Source: a virus (Duplodnaviria > Heunggongvirae > Uroviricota > Caudoviricetes). From it: DNA of 39,644 nt. The first letter of the stretch is position 1; every line of letters begins with the position of its first letter. Location: IMG/VR virus record IMGVR_UViG_2718218133_000003, one strand, 5' to 3'. A model generated the notes under the pieces. It was not told the origin of the DNA and did not search any database. It saw nothing but the letters and a program-made list of their open reading frames with translations. The translations under genes and the position numbers were made by a program. Shown piece after piece: positions 1 through 8,872 of this stretch.

Positions 1-1
1 A

Positions 2-1297
2 TTAATTTTTTATTGCTTCGTTATGGGGCATGGTTGGGGCAAACTCGCTTAACTGTGTATTTAACAAAGCTACCTGTGCATTATTGTTTTCAGACATCCA
101 TTTTCCGTATACCTGAAATACCATTTGCGCATCTGCATGGCCCATCTGGTTTGCTATAAATGCCGGGTTAGCACCAGCTGTCAGCGACCAGCAGGCATAA
201 GTATGTCTCGACTGATATGATTTTCGATGGCGGAGTCCGGCACGTTTTATCGCTGCGTCCCACATCTGCCTTATTGAGTCAACGGTAAAATGGTCACCAT
301 AATTTTTTACTCTCGCTGACACTTCAGGTTGAAAAACAAAGGTGCATTTATGTTTTTCTGTTCTGCCATACTCTCTGAGGTGAACATCAATGATATGCTC
401 TTTGCTCAGTCTCGTTAATGTCATCTGACTCCGGAGAGCGTCGATTGCTGGCTTAATAAGATGAATGACCCGATTGGTTCCCGCCTGTGTTTTTGGTACC
501 GTGAAACGGTCTTTTGCTAAATTTCTCCTGATCATCATTGTTCCATTTTTCAGATCTATGTCCTCCCATCCAAGTGCACACAGCTCACCAGGGCGAACGC
601 CAGTATAAACAGAAACACACCATAAATTTTTGGCTTGCTGATTTCTGCACGCATCGATAAGACGGATGAATTCCTCCCGCGAAAGAGGATCCGGAATGGT
701 TCTTGATTCCTTTAATGGCGAGATCCCCTTAAACGGGTTATCTGCCAGGTAACCGTTATCAACACCAAACTGGAACACGGCGTTAAGATTTGTCATGTAA
801 TTATTTACAGTTACAGCCGATCTCCCTGGTTGTGTAACAATATAGTTACTTTTGGGGATCTGGTATCCAGTCAGTAGCTCTTTACGAACCTCCAGTAATT
901 TTTCTTTATTAATCGATGAGGCAAGATTTTTTTCACCGATTATGCTCAGGATATTTTTGATGACGGCACGGTATGTGTTGAGTGATGTTTTTGCGACTTC
1001 AGTTTCTTTCAGTGCCAGAAATTTTTCAGCCAGTTCTTTTATGGTTAAATCTTGTCGGGTCTCACCAAATTTTTCCAGATTGCGTGAGGAGGGAAACTGT
1101 TTTGCATAGTCGAAAACACCAGTTTTTATTGCGTAACAAACAGAGGCGCGTAGCTCACCTGCAACGCGCCTGTTTTTTGCTGTGTCAGGAACCCCCAGGT
1201 TTTCCCTGACTCTTACGCCTTTATAAACAAACCAGATACGTAATTTCCCTCCATGGTTTTCCACGCCTGTCGGATATTTCATTTCAATTTCTCTCAT
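2..1297 (-). CDS. int: Phage integrase, tyrosine recombinase family
   Basis: 431-aa ORF at prophage end, transcribed toward the end as in lambda; C-terminal R..H..R..Y-type catalytic region (HTYACWSL...QMGHADAQMVFQVYGKW). Confidence 0.9.
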   Translation of the reverse strand: MREIEMKYPTGVENHGGKLRIWFVYKGVRVRENLGVPDTAKNRRVAGELRASVCYAIKTGVFDYAKQFPSSRNLEKFGETRQDLTIKELAEKFLALKETEVAKTSLNTYRAVIKNILSIIGEKNLASSINKEKLLEVRKELLTGYQIPKSNYIVTQPGRSAVTVNNYMTNLNAVFQFGVDNGYLADNPFKGISPLKESRTIPDPLSREEFIRLIDACRNQQAKNLWCVSVYTGVRPGELCALGWEDIDLKNGTMMIRRNLAKDRFTVPKTQAGTNRVIHLIKPAIDALRSQMTLTRLSKEHIIDVHLREYGRTEKHKCTFVFQPEVSARVKNYGDHFTVDSIRQMWDAAIKRAGLRHRKSYQSRHTYACWSLTAGANPAFIANQMGHADAQMVFQVYGKWMSENNNAQVALLNTQLSEFAPTMPHNEAIKN

Positions 1298-1316
1298 TAG
1301 TTAGTGTGGCTTTTAG

Positions 1317-1568
1317 TCAAGTAAGATGACGTCTTGGTCTTGCTGATGCCTGGCGCTCAATCCAGCGATCAATTTCTTCCAGGTTGTAAAAGCATGGACT
1401 GTTATCCCATGGCATACCGTCATGAGCGACATGCTTATATTCCCTTCCTTCCATAAACGATTTTTCCCGGGCCTTTTTTAACGTACCTTTTTTTATTCCT
1501 TTCAGCGCAATTAACTGCTCTTCGGATACCCATTTGCCGGGAGAGACAATCATGATTACTTCGCTCAT
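1317..1568 (-). CDS. xis: Excisionase-like small DNA-binding protein
   Basis: 83-aa ORF immediately upstream of int on same strand; basic, REY.H-type motif resembling phage Xis proteins. Confidence 0.6.
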   Translation of the reverse strand: MSEVIMIVSPGKWVSEEQLIALKGIKKGTLKKAREKSFMEGREYKHVAHDGMPWDNSPCFYNLEEIDRWIERQASARPRRHLT

Positions 1569-1640
1569 CGATTTTTTTATCTCTTACATCAGACGAGCGC
1601 CGGTTGCAGAATACCAGTCACAACCGGCGACAGTTGAACA

Positions 1641-4148
1641 TTAAGAATCAGCCTGACTCGGGATCAGTTTTTGCCAGATAACTGAAACGTATTTTGCCTG
1701 GTAACGGGCGTCATCAAGTGCATTATGGCGCTCACCTTCGAATGGAATAGCCGTTCTGGCATCGAAGTCTATGGCTTTCCCCAGCTCAACGATTGTGCGT
1801 ACATCGCGATCGTTGTAGTAACGCCACGGGCAGGGGATCCCCTGCCGTTCGTATGAACGGCGCAAAATCGTGTTGTCGAAGTTGGCTCCATTTCCCCAGA
1901 CCTGAACAAAAAATTCACCGGAGTTTTCGTCGATAAATTCCCGCAATTGTAACAGTGCATCATCTAACGGGATTTCATCGGTCATAATGGCAGATTGCGC
2001 TTCGCGTGATTGCTTAAGCCACCATTTAATGGTGTCCCGATCAATGACTCCGCCAGCAGTTTCCAGATCGATAGTCTTACTAAATTCCGGTCCCATATCT
2101 CCGGTTTGCGGATCGAAAAATATTGCACCTATTGAGATGATCGGGGCATCAGGATTTTTTCCCATGGTTTCAAGGTCGATCATTAGATGGTCACACGTCC
2201 TGCTGGTGGATGTGATTTCTTGATGACCGTTCACCTTAATTGAGTGATCTGCCGTCTCGCCAGTTTCATTATCGCTATCGTGATGCTGATTGCCGACAGT
2301 GTTCTCCTTGTGTGGATGTTCAGCGCCTTCCATTTCCTCCGGATCATCTTCCTGAACTTCAACCTGATACTCTTCATCGAATGTTTCCTGGTATGTTGCG
2401 TCGCCCATTACCGCGCCACAATCAGGGCAGTTGCCGCCGCCGGTCTGACCGCAGGCGGTGCAGACTTTTTCCACTTCCTGTTGCGCCACTGATTCAGGCT
2501 GTTTCGTTTCTGGCTCGTTTTGTAACGCATTTGGGCTGTTTTGTTCCGCTTTTTGGTAGTTCCGTTCCGATTCATGCTGGTTCTGGTTCACAGAATCGCG
2601 GGTCTGGATCCCCTTAACCCATTTCGGATCATTCGGGTCACTAATCCCTTCAACAAATTCACCACGTGATGCAGCAAGCAACTTATCGGCGTCAGGCTGG
2701 ATGATATTGGCTGCCTGCATAATTTTGTTTACTTCGTCAGCGGTAACTTTTATCGGCTCTGGTTGTTCTGAATCTTCAGCGGTATCTACATTTTGCGGTA
2801 AGCCCGTGTATGTGCCATTTTTTCGGGCAAAATATTCTTCTTTTGTGATTTCAGTGGCGCCAGCAGCCAGTGCCTTATCCAGACCAGAAAGTTTGTTTGC
2901 GCGACCGTATTTTTCTCCGTCCTTATCTGCGAAGAGGAAATAGAACGGCCCCTCACGCTCTACAGATGGTTCAGCTTCCGGCGCGGTTTCATTTTTTGGG
3001 ATATCAGATACCTCAGTTTCCACTGCATCAGTTTGTGTTTCTGATGACTGGAGAACATCAACAGTGCCCAGGTCTGTTTCTTCATTCTCAAACACGCCCT
3101 TTGTCGTCAGGTATTCGCAGATATATTTGTTCAGTGCTACGGGATCTTTGTGAATGTCGATCGGACGCTCACGGACAAGGCCAAAAATAGTTTGGCGGTC
3201 GTAGCGAAGGGCATCAGGCTGTTTGCGCATTGATGCCGAGATACGCTTCCAGTCTTCGCGGTCGTTGTCGATAACTTCATTTTTTGCCCAGCGATGGATG
3301 CTGCCGTCAATGTTTCCGGCATCCACATCACCAGGCCAGAGAGCGTAGGCCAGTTCGTCATCCAGTGTTTTCCATGTCTGCTTGTATTCGCGATGAATGG
3401 CAGCAATGACCGGGCTGATTTTTCCTGTTGAATTTTCAGTGTACTGTTGATTGGCTCTGGCGCGGGCGAGATCAACAACAGACGTGTATTTTCCGGTTTC
3501 CTTGCGTTCACCTTCGCGACGTTTTTTCCAGATGCGCATCTCTGCCTGAATTTCGGGCCATTTAGCACCAGGAATACATTTATGCTTAACCCACCCAATG
3601 GCGTGCAACTTAAGCTCCGGATACATGGCGTTAACTTCTGGCATTTTCATCAACGCTTCAACGATATGTCCGTCGAATGTTGCCATGTCTTCCTGCAACA
3701 ATTCCTGTGCGCTAATAACCATATCAACGGTGATGTTTTCACATGTGTCGAACTTAACCATGACAGCGTTCTGTACTTCAGGGGCCAGCTTGTCAAAAGT
3801 GACGTTCATCGGATCGGATTCAGTCTCAACCGGGACAAAAGAAGCAGACTCCTCATCCCAGCGGTTTTCCTGCATATATTCAGCATCCCATGAATCGAGG
3901 GCAGGGCGGGGTATGCCAGGTTTATCCTCGCAGACAATAAATTTATAAGCGCAGTCCTGAGCAGCCGGATAATGTTCCAGGAATTGCCAGTGAAATTTTG
4001 CTCGAGCACGGCGTTCGTCGCCAGCTTCAATGGCTGTGGCTACAGCCACAGCGCCTTCTTCCCTTGTTGCCAGTTCGTCAGGAATAGCGGCGCAAATAAA
4101 GACTTTACTCATTTGTTTTAACCTCATGACAGATTTAAGGATGAACAA
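1641..4148 (-). CDS. Large phage exonuclease with C-terminal DnaQ-like DEDDh 3'-5' exonuclease domain (full-length form of the ydfE-type gene)
   Basis: 835-aa ORF; C-terminus shows Exo I (LMIDLETMG), Exo II (VWGNGANFDNTIL) and Exo III (HNALDDARYQAKY) motifs; sits in the exo position between xis and the kil-like genes. Confidence 0.8.
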   Translation of the reverse strand: MFILKSVMRLKQMSKVFICAAIPDELATREEGAVAVATAIEAGDERRARAKFHWQFLEHYPAAQDCAYKFIVCEDKPGIPRPALDSWDAEYMQENRWDEESASFVPVETESDPMNVTFDKLAPEVQNAVMVKFDTCENITVDMVISAQELLQEDMATFDGHIVEALMKMPEVNAMYPELKLHAIGWVKHKCIPGAKWPEIQAEMRIWKKRREGERKETGKYTSVVDLARARANQQYTENSTGKISPVIAAIHREYKQTWKTLDDELAYALWPGDVDAGNIDGSIHRWAKNEVIDNDREDWKRISASMRKQPDALRYDRQTIFGLVRERPIDIHKDPVALNKYICEYLTTKGVFENEETDLGTVDVLQSSETQTDAVETEVSDIPKNETAPEAEPSVEREGPFYFLFADKDGEKYGRANKLSGLDKALAAGATEITKEEYFARKNGTYTGLPQNVDTAEDSEQPEPIKVTADEVNKIMQAANIIQPDADKLLAASRGEFVEGISDPNDPKWVKGIQTRDSVNQNQHESERNYQKAEQNSPNALQNEPETKQPESVAQQEVEKVCTACGQTGGGNCPDCGAVMGDATYQETFDEEYQVEVQEDDPEEMEGAEHPHKENTVGNQHHDSDNETGETADHSIKVNGHQEITSTSRTCDHLMIDLETMGKNPDAPIISIGAIFFDPQTGDMGPEFSKTIDLETAGGVIDRDTIKWWLKQSREAQSAIMTDEIPLDDALLQLREFIDENSGEFFVQVWGNGANFDNTILRRSYERQGIPCPWRYYNDRDVRTIVELGKAIDFDARTAIPFEGERHNALDDARYQAKYVSVIWQKLIPSQADS

Positions 4149-4204
4149 ATCCCTGCCATTGCTGGCATATAAGAATGAAACCGGATATTTATTACGGAAC
4201 TGTT

Positions 4205-4396
4205 TTAAAGACCTGCCGGGATTTCGATATTATCCTGGTGAATAACTTTATCGACCGGGTAACAGTTACCGGGAATTTTCTGTTCGGTTGCTGCAGTCAT
4301 ACACTCCTGCATTGTCCTGTGAACACTGACTGCAATATCAACTGGCTCTCCGGAAACAAGAAAAACTGTCAGAACAAGCACAAATGCTGAATTCAT
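4205..4396 (-). CDS. ydfD: YdfD-like small lysis/membrane protein
   Basis: 63-aa product MNSAFVLVLTVFLVSG... with N-terminal hydrophobic segment; ATGA overlap with dicB stop; recognised from memory as Qin YdfD. Confidence 0.65.
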   Translation of the reverse strand: MNSAFVLVLTVFLVSGEPVDIAVSVHRTMQECMTAATEQKIPGNCYPVDKVIHQDNIEIPAGL

Positions 4397-4581
4397 TGTG
4401 CACATCCTTTTGGCATCAGACGTAAACGAGCCAGCATTGAAACAATGCATATTTTATTTAATAGCTCCCGTTCTTGTTTTCTCTTGTTAATGGCATCTTC
4501 AGTAAATACTGGGTTACTGATAGTGACACCAATTTCAAAACAACCTTCAGACGTATTAACGTTTGGTAATAACGTTTTCAT
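4393..4581 (-). CDS. dicB: Cell division inhibitor DicB
   Basis: 62-aa product MKTLLPNVNTSEGCFEIGVTISNPVF... recognised from memory as DicB; directly downstream of dicF as in Qin. Confidence 0.8.
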   Translation of the reverse strand: MKTLLPNVNTSEGCFEIGVTISNPVFTEDAINKRKQERELLNKICIVSMLARLRLMPKGCAQ

Positions 4582-4750
4582 TATCGCGTCCTCAACAATG
4601 AATTTTGTGATGCAGTGCCTGGTGCCTCCAGGTGACGTTAACCAGTTAACAATTAACGCCGGATACAGAGAATCCACCCATAACACTGTTTTTGGTTTTA
4701 ACTGTTCCGCGTGCGCTCAGCCGCATTCACCACATCACAAAATTCACTTT

Positions 4751-4808
4751 AAAAAGGGCGGCAGAGCAGTCACGGAGTAAAACTGATACCGCCAAACGTC
4801 ACCAGAAA
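4751..4808 (-). ncRNA. dicF: DicF small RNA (ftsZ-targeting) with intrinsic terminator
   Basis: Reverse complement reads UUUCUGGUGACGUUUGGCGGUAUCAGUUUUACUCCGUGACUGCUCUGCCGCCC followed by a U-tract; recognised from memory as DicF. Confidence 0.8.
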
Positions 4809-5067
4809 ATTGATAACAGAGGGCGTTGCAGCGGGGTTGTCACTTAAGCGTATGGTCAACCTGACAACCCGGTGTCCTCAACGGGGAAGGAATAACCCCG
4901 CCATACTTACCGCCGCGCCATTTTGCGGGTTGCCACAACCGGAAGCGCACGGTCGAATTAAATTTAACGACACCGTACAGTGAGACGAACTTCGCCGTGC
5001 GCTTTCGTGTTGTGTGCCTGCTTTTAACCACGTCAGGCGAGGTGGTATCCTTAAAATCACCACAGTT

Positions 5068-5643
5068 TTAAGGATTCATTAAGCAATGTCGCAACCACCA
5101 ATAAATCCGCTTAAGAACATGAAAATTGATTACTGGTATAAAGCGCTTACAGTTGTTGGCGCTGCGTTGTTTGTCTTTAATGGAACGTCTTTTTTTGACA
5201 GATATCCCGTTGTTCCATTGGGTTTTTTGTCCTCCGGCATCTTTTTTATTGGTTTGGGGGAGTGGATTAATCACCCTCTCAAAGTGAGATTTATTGGCCC
5301 TGGAGTTTGGACTCGTGGATATAATCGTTCTTCGTGCGCACTCGGTATCATCTTCGACATACTTGGTTGTTTCCTGATTGTTACAGGAGTCGTCAAGTTC
5401 TTCTGATGTAAAACCGCAAATGGGGCACGTAACGGGAATTTTGAAAAGCGTTTCTCCGGGTTCCAGAACAAAATTTTCTGCGGTCTGATTTTGCTTCTCA
5501 TATTTGTGCTCCGCGTCATTGTGAGAGCACATTCTTATTCTGAGTGCCTGTTTAAACTCACTGAAGCTGAGAGCTTCTTCGCCTTCGGCAAGGCCTTCGA
5601 AGTATTCTTCGTAAGCCTTTTCCATGATTGTGTCGAAATCCAT
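5068..5643 (-). CDS. Hypothetical protein; acidic N-terminal ~80 aa with CPICGF..C motif, low-complexity tail
   Basis: ATG at 5643 preceded by AGGTGAG Shine-Dalgarno; no in-frame stop until 5068; the 3' half overlaps the opposite-strand membrane ORF so the true extent is uncertain. Confidence 0.35.
   Translation of the reverse strand: MDFDTIMEKAYEEYFEGLAEGEEALSFSEFKQALRIRMCSHNDAEHKYEKQNQTAENFVLEPGETLFKIPVTCPICGFTSEELDDSCNNQETTKYVEDDTECARRTIISTSPNSRANKSHFERVINPLPQTNKKDAGGQKTQWNNGISVKKRRSIKDKQRSANNCKRFIPVINFHVLKRIYWWLRHCLMNP
5086..5406 (+). CDS. Hypothetical small membrane protein (three predicted hydrophobic segments)
   Basis: 106-aa ORF with AAGGA upstream; hydrophobic stretches ALTVVGAALFVF, GFLSSGIFFIGLGEWI, ALGIIFDILGCFLIVTGVV; antisense to the 5068..5643 ORF. 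Confidence 0.4.
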   Translation: MSQPPINPLKNMKIDYWYKALTVVGAALFVFNGTSFFDRYPVVPLGFLSSGIFFIGLGEWINHPLKVRFIGPGVWTRGYNRSSCALGIIFDILGCFLIVTGVVKFF

Positions 5644-5980
5644 ATCACTCACCTGAGTTTCTTTCCAGCCAGCGACGGGCACCATTTTCGGTTTTAAACG
5701 TTTTGCTTTTGGTATACGTCATCGCGGTGAACGTACCGTCCTGGTTGGGGAACACGCCACATACCGGAGATTCGCTGTTGCCAAGATCGATAGTATCCAT
5801 GCTGACCTCATTTCCCCTTAACGCCGGGGTAGCGGAACAAAAACCTGCTGCATAGTTATTAAAGTTGAACCCTGCCGTCATGTTCTTACGCCTCGGGCTG
5901 GCTACTTAACCCCTGACCACTGCCTGGTAACTCGAAGTATTGCCCTGCATTCTGTGGGGCGGGGTGGGTGGCAGGCATAT

Positions 5981-6024
5981 AATGTACTTTGTGTTCATTG
6001 TTGTAAAGTACTTTTAGTACATTT
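5981..6024. promoter_or_regulatory. Operator-like cluster (OL-type) downstream of repressor gene: AATGTACT repeats and palindrome AAAGTACTTT
   Basis: AATGTACT at 5981..5988, perfect palindrome AAAGTACTTT at 6005..6014, inverted copy AGTACATT at 6017..6024; same motif recurs at the divergent promoter 6541..6573. Confidence 0.45.
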
Positions 6025-6097
6025 TGTGTGTAAAAAAATGAGATGGGATAAAGTGAAGCACAAACCCGGAGGAAGGCGCTACCGGATTTATGCTGGT

Positions 6098-6517
6098 TTA
6101 AGAGGCTTTTTGTTTTTTCTTTCGTGCTAACTCTTCGTAAATTGCATTGTACTTCTGTTTTTTCTCTTCAAGAGTTTTTAAAAGTTCATCTGTCTCACTG
6201 TCAGGGAGCTCGTCCAGAAGGTCAATGATGATTTTTTGTCTTGGATTTAACTCCTGATAGAAACGTACCTGTCCACTTTCTTCTGTATCCTCTCCCAAAA
6301 GATAGGTTGGTGTTGTTCCTATTAGTGTTGCTAATTCCCTTAATTTCTCCCGGCGAGGAATTGTTTCGCCATTAAACCATTTGCTAACCGCTTTTGGTGT
6401 TAATTTCATTCGACGGGCAATTTCTGCCTGCCTTCCATGTTGTTCATAACCAGCGTTTTCACAGGCTAGCGCAAGCCTACTGGCGAACTCTTTACGCGCT
6501 TTATCTTCATGAACCAT
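6098..6517 (-). CDS. Prophage repressor, HTH XRE family (cI/DicA position), no LexA-like S24 domain
   Basis: 139-aa ORF with helix-turn-helix (QAEIARRMKLTPKAVSKWFNGETIP); divergent from Cro-like gene; apparently leaderless start (no Shine-Dalgarno). Confidence 0.8.
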   Translation of the reverse strand: MVHEDKARKEFASRLALACENAGYEQHGRQAEIARRMKLTPKAVSKWFNGETIPRREKLRELATLIGTTPTYLLGEDTEESGQVRFYQELNPRQKIIIDLLDELPDSETDELLKTLEEKKQKYNAIYEELARKKKQKAS

Positions 6518-6540
6518 AAGTTCAATGATATTCGCTCTTG

Positions 6541-6573
6541 AATGTACTGTCAGTTCTGTTATAGCATGTACTC
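6541..6573. promoter_or_regulatory. Operator-like repeats (OR-type) in the divergent repressor/cro intergenic region
   Basis: AATGTACT at 6541..6548 and ATGTACT at 6567..6573 between the divergent genes. Confidence 0.45.
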
Positions 6574-6596
6574 AAAGTTCACATTGTGAGGGTGAT

Positions 6597-6851
6597 ATGA
6601 ACCAGAAAACACTTGAAGATGTAATCAAAACTGTTCGCGTTGCTGTTGTGGCCGACGTTTGTGGTGTCAGCCAAAGAGCAATCTATAAATGGATGGATAA
6701 CGGAAAATTGCCTCGCACAGAATATACCGGCGAAACAAATTACGCTGAAAAAATCGCTCTTGCATCAAACGGATTATTTTCTGCCGATGCAATTTTAACT
6801 ATTGGCAGGAATAAAACTACTACGAAAAAGCTGATGGGAGTTGATTCATGA
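6597..6851 (+). CDS. Cro-like HTH DNA-binding protein (YdaS-like)
   Basis: ATG at 6597 with GAGGGTGA upstream; HTH motif VADVCGVSQRAIYKWMDNGKLP; divergent from repressor. Confidence 0.7.
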   Translation: MNQKTLEDVIKTVRVAVVADVCGVSQRAIYKWMDNGKLPRTEYTGETNYAEKIALASNGLFSADAILTIGRNKTTTKKLMGVDS

Positions 6852-7273
6852 AAATCAAGCATGAACACATCCGCATGGCGATGAATGCCTGGGCGCATCC
6901 GGACGGCGAAAAAGTACCGGCTGCGAAAATTACCAAAGCGTATTTCGAGCTGGGAATGACGTTCCCGGAACTGAATGACGACAGCCATCCGGAAGCCCTG
7001 GCTCGCAATACCCAGAAAATTTTCCGCTGGGTAGAGAAAGACACCCCTGATGCAGTTGAAAAAATTCAGGCGTTGTTACCAGCGATCGAAAAGGCAATGC
7101 CACCTTTGCTGGTGGCCAGAATGCGCAGCCACAGTTCAGCTTATTTTCGGGAGCTGGTGGAGACGCGGGAGCGACTGGTGAGAGACGCTGATGATTTTGT
7201 CGCAGTGGCAATCGCCGGTTTCAATCAGATGAACCGTGGTGGCCCGGCAGGAAATGCTGTGGCAGTACATTGA
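6848..7273 (+). CDS. YdaT-like (CII-position) protein
   Basis: 141-aa ORF beginning MKIKHEHI, recalled as the characteristic YdaT family N-terminus; ATGA overlap with upstream gene. Confidence 0.6.
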   Translation: MKIKHEHIRMAMNAWAHPDGEKVPAAKITKAYFELGMTFPELNDDSHPEALARNTQKIFRWVEKDTPDAVEKIQALLPAIEKAMPPLLVARMRSHSSAYFRELVETRERLVRDADDFVAVAIAGFNQMNRGGPAGNAVAVH

Positions 7274-7344
7274 CTGACAATAGCCATATCGAATCGCTTC
7301 CGGCAACTCGTGAGTAAAAAGATTCGGTATCAGAAGAGGTGAGT

Positions 7345-8415
7345 ATGGCTAACGCCTGGCTCAGATTATGGCATGACATGCCAAATGACCCTAAGTGGCG
7401 AACAATTGCCAGGGTGTCAGGGCAGCCAATTGCAACAGTGATGGCAGTGTATATCCACCTCCTGGTGAGCGCGTCACGAAATGTCACGCGAGGTCACATT
7501 GATGTCACGACAGAAGATTTGGCAAGTGCGCTCGACGTGACAGAAGAGGTAATTGATTCAATTTTGCAGACGATGCAGGGGCGGGTACTTGATGGTGATT
7601 TAATCACTGGATGGGAAAAACGCCAGGTGCTGAAAGAGGACAACGGCAATATTTCGCAAACCGCAAAATCTCCGGCAGAGCGCAAGAGGGCGCAGCGAGA
7701 GAGGGAAAGAAAGCGGGAACAAAATGGCGATTGTCACGGCGAGTCACGAAATGTCACGCACATGTCACGACGAGTCACGACAGATAAAGATACAGATAAA
7801 GATACAGATCAAGAAGATCAAAACACTATGGTCCATGGCGTAAAAAACGCCACGAACCAGGCAGGGGATGTTCAGACCGTCACTCCTGGCCAGCCCGCAG
7901 GCACGACACCGGAAGCCGATTCAGCGTATGCGCTGAAAGCCGATTCGGGCGCTGTGCAGCAGGTGATGACCGCAAGGCAGGAGCAATCACACCAACTTCA
8001 GCAGCCTGAAGCCGATTCCGCCATTCAGCGGGAAGCCGATCGGGTAGTCCCGGAAAACACCGGGCAGCCTGTGGGACGAGTGGATTATCCTGATGTGTTC
8101 GAACAGGTCTGGCGGGAATACCCGTTGCGTGCCGGGGCAAACCCGAAGAAATCCGCTTTCAGTGCCTGGAAAGCCAGATTACGCGAGGGGGTGCCACCAG
8201 AGGCCATGCTGGATGGTGTGAGGCGTTACGCAAGATACCTTGCGGCTACCGGGAAAACGGGAACGGAATTTGTTCAGCGAGCGACGACGTTTTTTGGACC
8301 GGACCGGCATTTTGAAAACCCCTGGCTGCTCCCGGTAAGCGGCACGAACAACCAGCGTTGTGTGAATCATATTTCTGAACCGGATAACGAAATTCCGCCG
8401 GGCTTCAGGGGGTAA
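7345..8415 (+). CDS. Replication initiation protein, O-like, with embedded iterons
   Basis: Position after cro/cII-like genes; SD AGAAGAGG; internal DNA iterons encode repeated VT-rich peptides; GTG at 7339 is an alternative start. Confidence 0.6.
   Translation: MANAWLRLWHDMPNDPKWRTIARVSGQPIATVMAVYIHLLVSASRNVTRGHIDVTTEDLASALDVTEEVIDSILQTMQGRVLDGDLITGWEKRQVLKEDNGNISQTAKSPAERKRAQRERERKREQNGDCHGESRNVTHMSRRVTTDKDTDKDTDQEDQNTMVHGVKNATNQAGDVQTVTPGQPAGTTPEADSAYALKADSGAVQQVMTARQEQSHQLQQPEADSAIQREADRVVPENTGQPVGRVDYPDVFEQVWREYPLRAGANPKKSAFSAWKARLREGVPPEAMLDGVRRYARYLAATGKTGTEFVQRATTFFGPDRHFENPWLLPVSGTNNQRCVNHISEPDNEIPPGFRG
7471..7780. repeat. Candidate origin of replication: two clusters of GTCACG iterons at about 10-bp spacing, followed by a GATAAAGATACA x2 tandem repeat
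   Basis: GTCACG at 7473, 7483, 7504 (GTCACA at 7493) and at 7733, 7744, 7753, 7763, 7773; inverted copy near 7545; tandem gataaagataca at 7784..7807. Confidence 0.6.
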
Positions 8416-8455
8416 GTGTTAATTTCTGGTCATGAGGTAATTTTCAGGAGGGCTT

Positions 8456-8872
8456 GTGGCAAAAGTTTTTACACAAGAAGAGCGGGAAAAAATTAAAGGA
8501 CAGGTTCTTGAACTCGTACGCCAGAGTGGGCGCGAGACGTTACGACAACTGGAAGCTAAAACTGGGGCAACAAGATATCTGATGAGCGTTCTGGCCAGAG
8601 AGCTGGTTGCCAGTGGCGATGTATACAATTCTGGCTACGGGTTATTCCCGTCTGAACAGGCGCGTAAGGACTGGCAAAATGCCCGTAAAAAGCTCTCAAG
8701 GGCAAAGCTGAAGAAACCATCTGCGGTTGATCCGGACCTTATCTGGTCATTACCTGATGGAGAAATACGTCGTTACGACAGGCGTCATAATATGATTTGT
8801 ACTGAGTGTCGTAAAAGCGAAGTTATGCAGCGCATATTGTCGTTTTATCAGGGGGATGTTCGGTTTTATTGA
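8456..8872 (+). CDS. Hypothetical protein, GTG start, in the position normally held by the helicase loader
   Basis: 138-aa ORF with strong AGGAGG 7 bp upstream of GTG; no recognisable motif. Confidence 0.5.
   Translation: MAKVFTQEEREKIKGQVLELVRQSGRETLRQLEAKTGATRYLMSVLARELVASGDVYNSGYGLFPSEQARKDWQNARKKLSRAKLKKPSAVDPDLIWSLPDGEIRRYDRRHNMICTECRKSEVMQRILSFYQGDVRFY

Noticed and set aside
852-1209. Plus-strand ORFs inside the integrase gene
   Set aside because: Antisense to a confidently identified integrase; no start signals or motifs
1769-3948. Multiple 60-150 aa ORFs on both strands inside the exonuclease gene
   Set aside because: All overlapped by the 835-aa exonuclease frame, which carries the conserved DEDDh motifs
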